Under the pieces are notes generated by a model. That model was not told where the DNA came from. It did not search any database and saw nothing but the letters and a program-made list of their open reading frames with translations. The translations under genes were made by a program, and so were the position numbers. 64,000 nucleotides of DNA from NCBI GenBank assembly GCA_002269645.1, contig NIVC01001758.1:232285-296284 (forward strand). The letters run 5' to 3'. Below, piece after piece: positions 25,400 through 36,158 of the stretch (its first letter is position 1; each line of letters opens with the position of its first letter). The stretch comes from Macrostomum lignano (lineage: Eukaryota).

Positions 25400-26949
25400 T
25401 CAATTTAATTTAAACACAGATTTATAAAACCAAAACAAAAGCCTATTTTAAATTGGTTTAGACTAGAGATAGGGGATAGGCCTAGAATGGAACTTAACTT
25501 TAGTTTAGTACAGGCCTAGCTAAAAGAAAGGATTAGGCCTATTCTTGACTGAATATAGGCCTAGATGTTGAGACAGAATTAAGTTTGGCTTTTTTTGAAC
25601 GCAAACTTTAGGACTAAATGAAATTTAGAATAATAGTAATGCTATCAATATTACGTTGCAGAATTCGATGTATAACTTAGTTAAATAATTTAAATTATTT
25701 AACTTATAAATAAGGTTAAGTTAAGGTTAGTTAAACTAGGTCTAAGACAATTTACATGTCTACAATAATTTTTATGGGCTAACTGACCGTGTCAAATAAA
25801 ATGCACAATAATAGAATGAATAAGTTGTCTCAATACAAACGACAGTCGACAATAGCCACAACCAATTAAAAGAACACTTATTAATGGCGCGTTAAGCGTG
25901 TTTTATAAAAAACTTTAAAGAGTTCGTTATTTAAAATGTTTAAATACATTAAACAAAAATATCTATCTATCATTGTTATATAAGCAGTAAACTGGTAAAA
26001 AATTAGTAAAAAGGTAATAAAATATAACTTTATATTGCGTCTAAATAAAATTAAGAAGCATATTTCTTCTTCTTTTTCGTGTATTTGTAATTTTGAGAGA
26101 CTATTTTTCTTAGAACAAGTACTACATCATGTTGTTCTATCTCACTCGTTTCTCATTCACAGAATCCGTTTACTTTTATTTTAAATAAGTAGATGCACCC
26201 TTCGATTATTGCTTGTAATTTTAAATTCTCTGCTGTGCTTTTATCGTGTCATACTTAGATATTCCTATTGAACGATCTATTATTACTTTATATTGCTTCA
26301 TTGAGACAAGTCCAATGCAATGTCCTCTGCTTAAGGGTTAAAAGGTTTAAATGATTTGAATGAATGATAGTATTATTATTTATAGGCAATGTTTTTTGTT
26401 GCTTTTTATTAGATCTAAGTAAATATTAGTTATCGATTTTGAGCTTGCTACTAATGAAATAAGACGTTTCCACTTATGATTTTCCACAGCTAGATTTCAT
26501 ACTAACTGATTTGACTGGCTGCTCAGACCCTTATTTGTTTGAATTTATTTGCTTTTTCTATTGTAGTTTGATAATGCTATTAACGTTAACTGATATCTCT
26601 AACTTTTCCATTTAGAGGCACTAAGTAAAAAACTTATAATATAAGAAGAATTTAAGTATATTTATAATAGCTCCATTTTTACTGATCAGAAGATTAGTAT
26701 TTACTGGTAATACTGTACCCAATAAACATCTAGCAAAGCAATCCTGTGCGCTATTGTACACTTTTGCTTTGAAATTGCATTAATTACATTGTAGAAAAAA
26801 GATTTTTATAATTTATGCTATACACATTAAAACGTAAAGGCCCATCTAATAGTTGTATAATACAGTAAATTCTGTTGTACAATTTAAATTGTTGCTATTT
26901 GTTTTTTGACTAAATTTCTAAAAACTTGATATTGATAATCTTTTTTCAG
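25400..26949. promoter_or_regulatory. Putative bidirectional promoter / outron region between SIRT1 and DNAJC12
   Basis: Divergent ATGs at 25385 (-) and 26961 (+), each with a 3' splice site 11 nt upstream. Positional inference only; no TSS can be seen. Confidence 0.45.
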
Positions 26950-26960
26950 CTCATTCTGAA

Positions 26961-27900
26961 ATGGAAGATTTGTATGCTGTTTTAGGAGTGGTTTCTTCAT
27001 CGACAGTAAGCCCTACTAAATTGTATTAAATAATTTATCACTTGTGTGTTAGCAACTTTTCATTTTTTTCAGACAGAACAAATCATAGCCGAGTACAGGG
27101 CTAAAGCCCTCCAACTTCATCCAGACAAAACTGACAGTGCCACCAAGTGTGAGTATACATCTGAATTTATTCCTTATGGATATTAATTCATTAAGTTTAT
27201 ATACTAAGTTTATATACTATACCGATTGCTTCTCGAATTCAAATATTAGCCGAGCAGTTCAAGTTATTGTCTGTGGCGAAAAATGTGCTCACGGATCCAC
27301 AGGAGCGCAAGCTCTACGATCAATGGTACAATTCCGGTAAAATTATGGGTGTAACCTTTGACCAATGGAAGCATTTAAAGATGCACACCAGTTTGCATTG
27401 GGCCACCACTGTGGATCGGACACCCATGGTTGATTCACCTGAGGCTGCTCACACTGATTCTGGCGGTCAGCAATCTGGTAATGGTGAGTCATGCAGTTGT
27501 GAGCTTTTTATTTTTCTTCAAGGAGGCAGCGTCGTCTGCCTTTTAGTCTTTCATGGCGTCTGGTGTCCATGGACTCTGATGTGGGAGTTCCCGAGCAGAT
27601 GTGGGGTGATAGTCACTCTGACCTGGGAGTTCCCGAGCAGATGTGGGGTGATAGTCACTCTGACCTGGGAGTTCCCGAGCAGATGTGGGGTGGTAGTCAC
27701 TCTGACCTGGGAGTTCCCGAGCAGATGTGGGGTGACAGAAACGAAAATGATGTTAATGTTCTTCCCCTTCAACTCCCCCCAATCCCCCCTTGCTAGTGCA
27801 CACTGTGGACGATGTGGCGGCCTACTGGCGCAGCACGCAGTTTAAGGATGCGGCCCCGGCGGGCTCGTTGTTAAGCAAGTTTCGGAACTACGAAATCTGA
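26961..27900 (+). CDS. DNAJC12: DnaJ homolog subfamily C member 12 (JDP1)
   Basis: Exons 26961-27005, 27073-27148, 27250-27483, 27797-27900 join in frame: MEDLYAVLG...EQIIAEYRAKALQLHPDK...YDQW...TSLHWA...LLSKFRNYEI*. The C-terminal FRNYEI is diagnostic of DNAJC12. Confidence 0.93.
27583..27735. repeat. Intronic minisatellite, 42-bp unit (~4 copies)
   Basis: GGGAGTTCCCGAGCAGATGTGGGGTGATAGTCACTCTGACCT in DNAJC12 intron 3. Confidence 0.9.
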
Positions 27901-28852
27901 CGGCTAATTTTCGGGATGATTAAATCAAATAAACTGAGCATAATACTTTTTAAGTGTTTAATAATAACCGATCATCTTTTGATCCTGACATCTTTTCGTC
28001 TAGCAATAGATTTCAAGAATAATACTAAAACTCGTATTTCTACCTACTGCAGCTTTGGTGTGAGTAGTATTTACTAGATTTTGATTGCATAATTAATCGA
28101 TTATATTTGTATCATTACATTCGATTGTTTTGAGCATGCTTTATTTCGCATCTTCTGCTTCCTGACATCGAATTCCAGAATGGGAGTCTCACTGTTTTCA
28201 CTTGATATTAAAATTTTCAGCGACTTTTTCAAAGCACATTTATACAATATACCCGCTGCTCGATATACTCCTAAGCCATCAAAATTAGCTCTTATGTTTT
28301 AACCCAAAAAACGGTTCTTGTGTGAGTTTTATTTTTTTACGCACAAAAAATGTGCAAGCTTTGCTACTCGTGAGTAGTATTAAACCAACACTTATTCAAT
28401 AGCATAAATTAAGAATTTAAGATTAGGAATAACAGTACTAGGGAATGTATTAAAACCAGTAAGTTAAACAAAGAAAACATTCATTAAACAGCCATGGCTT
28501 GACCTGAATAAATGGTTATTAAAAGAGCTGATTTGTGGCAAATCTTGGCCTATAAGCATGATGTGAGAGAGAAATGGGGGGACAGACTGCATTCACAATT
28601 GGTATGGATGTGGTGAGACCAAGGACAACTGAAAAGTGCTCAAGTAACATTAGAGATTTGAAATGCATTAGCAAGGTTGGAATTTTCCGTTGTGTTTTGT
28701 GCAAAAAAACTTGATTTTGAGCCATCAATAAATAAAATTGTGACAACATTGACTCGGCTTTAATACTATATTACAGTCTTTATGGAATTATCCAATTGCT
28801 TGAATTTGTTTTGTCTATGTGGTGAGCAGTTCTGCTGATACAGTCAGTTGGA

Positions 28853-29340
28853 TTCCCCTGGATGGATTCCCCTGGTCACAGACGCTGGATTCTCCAAGGT
28901 CATAGACACTGCATGGATTCCCCTGGTCACAGACCCTGGATTCTCCAAGGTCATAGACACTGCATGGATTCCCCTGGTCACAGACCCTGGATTCTCCAAG
29001 GTCATAGACACTGCATAGATTCCCCTGGTCTCAGACCCTGGATTCTCCAAGGTCATAGACACTGCATAGATTCCCCTGGTCACAGACCCTGGATTCTCCA
29101 AGGTCATAGACACTGCATAGATTCCCCTGGTCACAGACCCTGGATTCTCCAAGGTCATAGACACTACATGGATTCCCCTGGTCACAGACCCTGGATTCTC
29201 CAAGGTCATAGACACTGCATAGATTCCCCTGGTCACAGACCCTGGATTCTCCAAGGTCATAGACACTACATGGATTCCCCTGGTCACAGACCCTGGATTC
29301 TCCAAGGTCATAGACACTACATGGATTCCCCTGGTCATGG
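28853..29340. repeat. Minisatellite, 51-bp unit (~10 copies)
   Basis: CATGGATTCCCCTGGTCACAGACCCTGGATTCTCCAAGGTCATAGACACTG; the same unit occurs as a shorter array at 32592-32750. Confidence 0.95.
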
Positions 29341-29439
29341 ACGCTGAATTCTCCAATGTGATAGACGCTGGATTATTCAGGGTCATAGAAGCTGAAAATA
29401 ACAATGTCTCTAATGATACCACATTCCCAAGCGACTTAC

Positions 29440-29570
29440 TCATTGCTTTTCCTGAAGATTGCGCACCCGTCAACACGTGGCCGCAGCCGGGCTTCCATGG
29501 TTCTGGCGCGTGATTTCGGCGAGAAAATTCCATCGTAGCCTTTCGCCTCCAGAGTGGGTAGGAAAAAGGA
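29440..29570 (-). pseudogene. Orphan duplicate of CCR4-like exon 3 (43 codons) with its donor and downstream intron
   Basis: Translates SFFLPTLEAKGYDGIFSPKSRARTMEARLRPRVDGCAIFRKSN; aligns without gaps to 32944-32814 and is followed by a GTAAGT donor and the same intronic sequence and satellite. Confidence 0.8.
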
Positions 29571-29712
29571 TTCTCAACTTAACAGACAAAAAAAATTAAG
29601 ATCTACCAGCAGTGCTCATGTGGGTGCGCAGTCAAGCAAAACAAAAACAAGAACAAATTATGGAAAACAGAGGAAACAACTTGGCGCAAATTAAATAAAA
29701 TTCTATTTGTGT

Positions 29713-32700
29713 TTAGGAAGTACTCGATGCCGCTGAATCCTTTGTTGTTGCTGTGGTGGTCAGAGCTCGCTGTCGCGTGAGCTGCAGCCGAACCATGAGA
29801 GGGATGTGATCAGACGGCACGTACGCGTTTGGACAGCCGAGCACCGCTTCTGAGCGGAACCAGTCAGCCAGGCCGTCCAGGCAGTCAAGCACTCGGAAAT
29901 GCTGCCTGGCCGCGAATATGTAGTCTATGACGCCTTTGAAGTCGTGTCTGCAATGACAATGGAAAAGTATGAATCTCGGGCAAAAGTAACCTTTCATTAG
30001 AGCCAGGAGCCTGTGTGCACTCTCGTGCACTTTAAGCGACATTGTCACACAACCGGCGAGAGGCATTACTGCCCATTCCACCGACTTATCTGAGCAGGCA
30101 CACAAGCGTATACGTACGTACGCAGTCATACGCACAGGCACACACTCACAAAGGAGTGTACAGCAGCCCTCACTTTATTTATCGTTAGGCATGTACACTT
30201 TACTGTGCCTTGGGGGTTGGCCCTCTTTATAATGCTAAGTTTTGATGCTAAAATCGATCATTTTACTTCAAGTATTTGATTGTTGAAAAGTAGAAATAAC
30301 AGCTATTAGAAATCCTGTTCGCTCTCACGTGTAGTTTGTGAATGCGGTGTCCACTCCGCTGTAGCAGGACTGCAGGCCCAGCTGATGGAAAAACCGTTTG
30401 TCCTTCCCGTCTGGAGCAGCAACAGAGGAAGCTTCAGAATTTGTTGCTTCCGTCGATCCCGGGGCGGCAGGGGTGGCGGCGGTGGCAGCAGCAACGGCCG
30501 CGTCCTGAAGGCCATCTAGCGAGGGATCTTCGCCCAGCCGACGAAAGTCCGGGTGACTGCGCGGCACGGAGCCCAAGGTGATGAACTCGATGACACCTGG
30601 GGTTCGGGTGTGGGGTTTCGATTGGGAAATTTCTATGGAGAGAAAAGTCCGGATTAACTGTTGCAAAATACATGGGCGCGATTGGTGTACAGATTAATTT
30701 CTGTTCGATGCCCAACTGCATCAACTGGGATTACATCTGTGTGAGCACAGTGTACAACAGCTAGTACTCAGTAAATTATTGTCATCCCGTTATTTAACAC
30801 TAATATAAGCCGAATACAGAAAATCGTTTGGATAGAGCTTTTAAAAATAAGCAAAATAACACGACAAAATGTTTTTCACTACGGAGATTATAAACTACCC
30901 TCAAAAGTACCCAGAAAGCCTTTTACTGATCCACACAGATTCGCATAATAAACAAATTTTCGATGCGAAGGATAACAAGCTCCTTCACTCAGTCTGTAGC
31001 TTATTTGTTTTATTTAATTGGATAGTTTTCTTGTTACGAAAATAAGTGCTAAAAATGGAAATAATCTGTTTATGGAACGCTGCTTGAAAGGAGCACCTGG
31101 TCTTTAAAGATTGTAAATAAACTGGTCTCGACTAGAGATGAGCGTCTTGGCGCAAGTTTTTCGACAAAATAACTTGAAAGCGTGTGCAGATTGAAAGAGC
31201 CGGCCGTCACCGACTTAGGCAGGTTAAGCAGATTTGGCTGCGGTTAACATACTTAGCCACCCGGTAGAACGAGTGGACCCTGTCGTGATAGGATACCAGC
31301 TCAGAACCGCGGTAAAAACACAGGATGAGAGCGGTCCCAGAATCTCAGAACAGTTACAAGCTGTAGCCCTTGGCTTCTGATTTTTACTCCCTTATCTGAT
31401 GTTCGTGAAAAGCTTATAGCTGAGTCAGGATCTACTTGACAACCAAGATTTTGATAGCAAAGAACCACTGTGTAAATGTTTAAAAGGCTGACTTTTTTAT
31501 AAAAGTAAACTACAAGCTGCATTTTTTAAACAGATTTTAAAACAAAAACTACTTTTTCAACCTCTGGAGCTTAAAAACTTCAAAAATTGTAAACTTAAAA
31601 AGTTTTCCCATACTGAAACTAGCATATAATTTTTTGTTTGTTCTAACAATAATAGTCGATTACACCTGCCCTAATGGCCAGATGTGCAACCGACAGCTCA
31701 GCCGCAGCCATTGCGCGGCGCATCTGAAGGCTGCGTACGGCTGTTCAGTCCAAGGACTGGGGGGTCGCCACACACCCTCAATTACCCCAGCTAATGCTGG
31801 CACCCATTCTACAGCTGGGTGAGCTGAAGCAATGCAGAGTTAAGTGTCTTGCTCAAGGAGACAAATTGTTCCAGTGGGATCAGGAATCGAACCTCGACCT
31901 TCAAGTCGTGAGTCCGACGCTCTCACCACAAGCCTCAAGCCTAAGCCAAGCGACGCTCCAAACACCACCTAACCACAAGCAAGCTCTCACGTATTTTCCA
32001 AGAAACAATGCACCAAATTCTTCTACTTTAAGTAGGCCGTGCGCATATGAATGTCGTCTTACCTGACTGCGGCAGCGAGTTGAAATCGCCGCAGAGCAGC
32101 AACGGCAGGCAGTTTTTGTATCGTCCAATAATGGCGGCCAGAGCCCCGGCCAGCAGCATAGTCTGAATCAGCTTCACGTCCGGGTGCTGCGGGTCCCAGT
32201 GCACGTGCGAATTGCAGACCAGCACCGGCCGGCTGCTCGTTGAATTGTCTGACGATTTCGAAGCCCCGACAGTCGGCATCAGCACCGCAGCCAGGGCGAT
32301 GTTGTCGCGCGGCGAGACTCGGCTGAAGATCTCGGAGGAGGCCGCTGTATCCGCTGAAGTCTTTGGACTAGTCCAGCACTGCTCAAGGTACTGCTGATTG
32401 AGCTCGATCACTTGCTTTTCCACTAGACTGAATCTGAATGAGGTGGGGAATGTTTTGCTGGGTCATTGGAAACTAATACGCTCGTAGGACGTATTTATGG
32501 TCTTAGTGTCTGACAGATCTTGTATTGTAGATATCTGATCATTTTACTGTAATAGTTCATTAAGGCTGAAGTTTCACACAGAAGTCATAAACACTGGATT
32601 CCCTGGTCACAGACCCTGGATTCTCCAAGGTCATAGACACTGCATGGATTCCCCTGGTCACAGACGATGAATTCTCCAAGTTCATAGACACTGCATGGAT

Positions 32701-35700
32701 TCCCCTAGTCACAGACGCTGGATTCTACAAGGTCATGGACGCCGGATTCTCCAAGGCCATAGAAGCTGGAAATAACAATGTCTCTAATGATACCACATTC
32801 CCAAGCGACTCACTCGTTGCTTTTCCAGAAGATTGCGCAGCCGTCAACACGCGGCCGCAGCCGAGCTTCCATAGTTCTAGCGCGCGATTTCGGCGAGAAA
32901 ATTCCATCGTAGCCTTTCGCCTCCAGAGTGGGTAGGAAGAACGAAAAGAACTGCTCAGTTTCCACTTCCTATTTGGCAGAGAGAGATGTTAAATTCAGGG
33001 GTTATTTAAAAACAAATACCAAGCAATATTTTGCTATGTTGGGTTGAATTTATAATAATAAATATTGAACAAAGGCCCTGGAAAAGACTGTCCAAAGAAG
33101 ACGGAAAAGGGACTGTCGGGAGAAGGCCTGGGAAGGACTGTCGGGAGAAGGCCCGGAGGGACTGTCGGGAGAAGACCCGGGAGGGGCTGTCGGGAGAAGA
33201 CCCGGGAGGGGCTGTCGGGAAAAGACCCGGGAGGGGCTGTCGGGAGAAGACCCGGGAGGGGCTGTCGGGAGAAGACCCGGGAGGGACTGTCGGGAGAAGG
33301 CCCGGAGGGACTGTCGGGAGAGGACCCGGGAGGGTCTGTCGGGAGAAGACCCGGGAGGGACTGTCGGGGATGACCTGGGAGGGTCTGTCGGGAGAAGACC
33401 CGAGAGGGACTGTCGGGGATGACCTGGGAGGGGCTGTCGGAACGTCAGTGAATCACTCACTTGCAAGCACAGCACCGAAGGCAGATGACAGCAGATGACC
33501 TCCATCAGGCCTTGCCGTCTGTATGACCAGGCCAGGGCCCAGTCGGGACAGTACCAGTAGGTCTTGGCAGAGGCATACTGGTTGCTGAGTATGTTGTAGC
33601 TCATCAGCGTGAATACGGTCTCATCAGTGTGGCTCGGCTGGGCCAGATTCCGCCAGCGCTGACGTGGCGGCTTCATAAATGCAACTGAAATTGCGGTGAG
33701 TTTTTATTGATGATTTAAACTGTGAAGTGTAACATTGTGGGGTTTGGAGGATGTGGGCAGGCTGCACTTTTTCTAAGCAATTTCTGCACTTTCTACTAGT
33801 CCTAATATAGTTTCCAACTAACCAACGTACAAGCGTACCGACTCGGAGATGCGTCGGCTTGAAATAGGAGAGTGCGGTAATAACATGAAAATTTCTGATA
33901 GAGGGGCCTAGAAAGCTCGGCTCAAGGGTCCTATTCAGGACTCTTGGCTGCAGTTGCTGTCTCTTCTATCGCATTTTTGCTATCCTCCCTTCTCCCCGGG
34001 ATGCTGCAGCTCTGCTCTTCTTCCAAGCGCAATTTTCGATAATTGCTTCGATCGTGTTTCCCTGCCAGTCAGAGATGGCCTGGGATTTTATCAATTTTTA
34101 GTGCAAATATCCTCAAGGCCGGCTTTGAGATAGCTGAGGGAAAGCTACGAATAATGACTCTCGTCTGTTGCTACTAAGCACTTCCGGATTTCGCCTATCT
34201 GCTCGAATTTCCGCTCCTCTGGCGAGCAATTGTAAAAGACAATATTTTCGATGGTGGGACAGACAACTTGGCTGATCGAAATGGCGCAATGTAAAAATTC
34301 TGAGGTACGTCTCCCGGAAGGGATTTTGTGCAAGGGAGACGAGAATAAAGAGGATTTGATACTTTAAAAAGTGCATCGGTACTTCCTGAGTTCTATACGT
34401 ACTGGAAGACAGAGTGGCCTTGCAGACAGACTTGGTGAAAGAGAAAAACAATTCGAGGTGAAAAGCACTAAGGAGACAACGTCAGGTACCAAAGGGACTT
34501 AAGGAAAGCTCTGCGACCAAGGATGTCCAAAACCAAGACAAACACTAAGAAAGACACGGTGTCTGGCTCCAAGACAAGCACTAAGAAAGACAAAGTGTCT
34601 TCCAAGACAAACACCAAGACAAACCAAGACAAACACCAAGACAAACCAAGACAAACACCAAGACAAACCAAGACAAACACCAAGACAAACCAAGACAAAC
34701 ACCAAGACAAACCAAGACAAACACCAAGACAAACCAAGACAAACACCAAGACAAACACCAAGACAAACCAAGACAAACACCAAGACAAACCAAGACAAAC
34801 ACCAAGACAAACCAAGGCAAACACCAAGAAAGACAAAGTGTCCGAAACCAAGACAAACACTAAGGAAGACACAAAGTGTCGGGCTCCAAGACAAAAACTA
34901 AGAAAGACAAAGTGTCTTCCAAGACAAACACCAAGACAAACACCAAGAAAGACAAAGTGTCTTCCAAGACAAACCAAGACAAACACCAAGAAAGACAAAG
35001 TGTCCGAAACCAAGCCAAACACTAAGAGACACAGAGGGCTGACACAAAGAATCCAAGAGTTTCAGACTGACGTGACACGGTCATCAGATTCTGTAAGACT
35101 GTAGCAGTGTAGCATTCCATAACTATCGGCCGTAAAGACGGTCTGCTTGAGATCGTGGCTGCACTAATTGTCTTGAAGGAGCGTGGAGACCGTGAAGAAG
35201 ATGACCGCTCCTATATCTGAACCTATATCTGAGCAGGGAACAGGTAAATGGACCACCCGGAAGGCCTAGCTCGTACCAAGAAGCTGGATTCCACGAAGGG
35301 CGACGTACCTGGAAGACATGAGCCCTAGAAGTTGATACCCTGTCAGTGCGACCCACCAGGAATTGAGGATTCTATATGCATAGGAACGCATTCAGCGCCA
35401 GGTGACTGGCGCTCTCAACAGAACTCTGAGACCGCAGGACCACAGGCGGTTTGGTGGAGTCAAGCCATGATAATGGTTGAGATCTTTGAAGTAAAGACAC
35501 CCAGCTACAAGAGGGCCCTTCCAAACCCTTAGTGGGAATTTTCCAACCTACTCTTGTGGCCCGAGACTTATTTATCTCCTGGTGGACCCACCGAATTCTC
35601 AGCGCGCAGAGCAGTTGACAACCCCGCTAAACAATCGCTATCGCCCGAAGACAAAAACTGGAAACTATAGGAGGAAAGCAAGCCTTCCAATTAGACAGAA

Positions 35701-36099
35701 TTTGTACAGGGAGTGACGCTCGCATTAACGGTTCAGCTGCTGCTTACAAATACGAAGACAGCGCTGCAGGTTATTAGTCGGGGCTATAGAAAAGCCGGAT
35801 CATTATGTACAGAGGTAGAACTGATTGCTATAGCTGTATGGCTAGGCCTCTGGCCAGAAATTTGAGGAATCGCATAATTACGTATCCCCAAATTGGCAGG
35901 TTGCTATAGAAGGGGAGGAACACAATCCAACGGGGGATGCTGGGTAGGGGGGATCGCTCCTGCTAGAGCCGACGAACTCGCCTTTGATCTGCCTATTTTC
36001 TCCTCTCCAAACGGCAGCGTCAAAGCAACATTATTAACGCGTTTTCTGTCTTACTCTGCGGTCATCCTCCGATTGCAAAAACATTCCCCGGTTTTTCCT

Positions 36100-36158
<59 letters not shown>

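Noticed and set aside
28844-29533. 229-aa ORF with SVTRGIHVVSMTLENPG repeats
   Set aside because: Off-frame read-through of the duplicated exon into the 51-bp satellite.
34468-35104. K/T/Q-rich or hydrophobic ORFs
   Set aside because: Derived from the ACCAAGACAA repeat.
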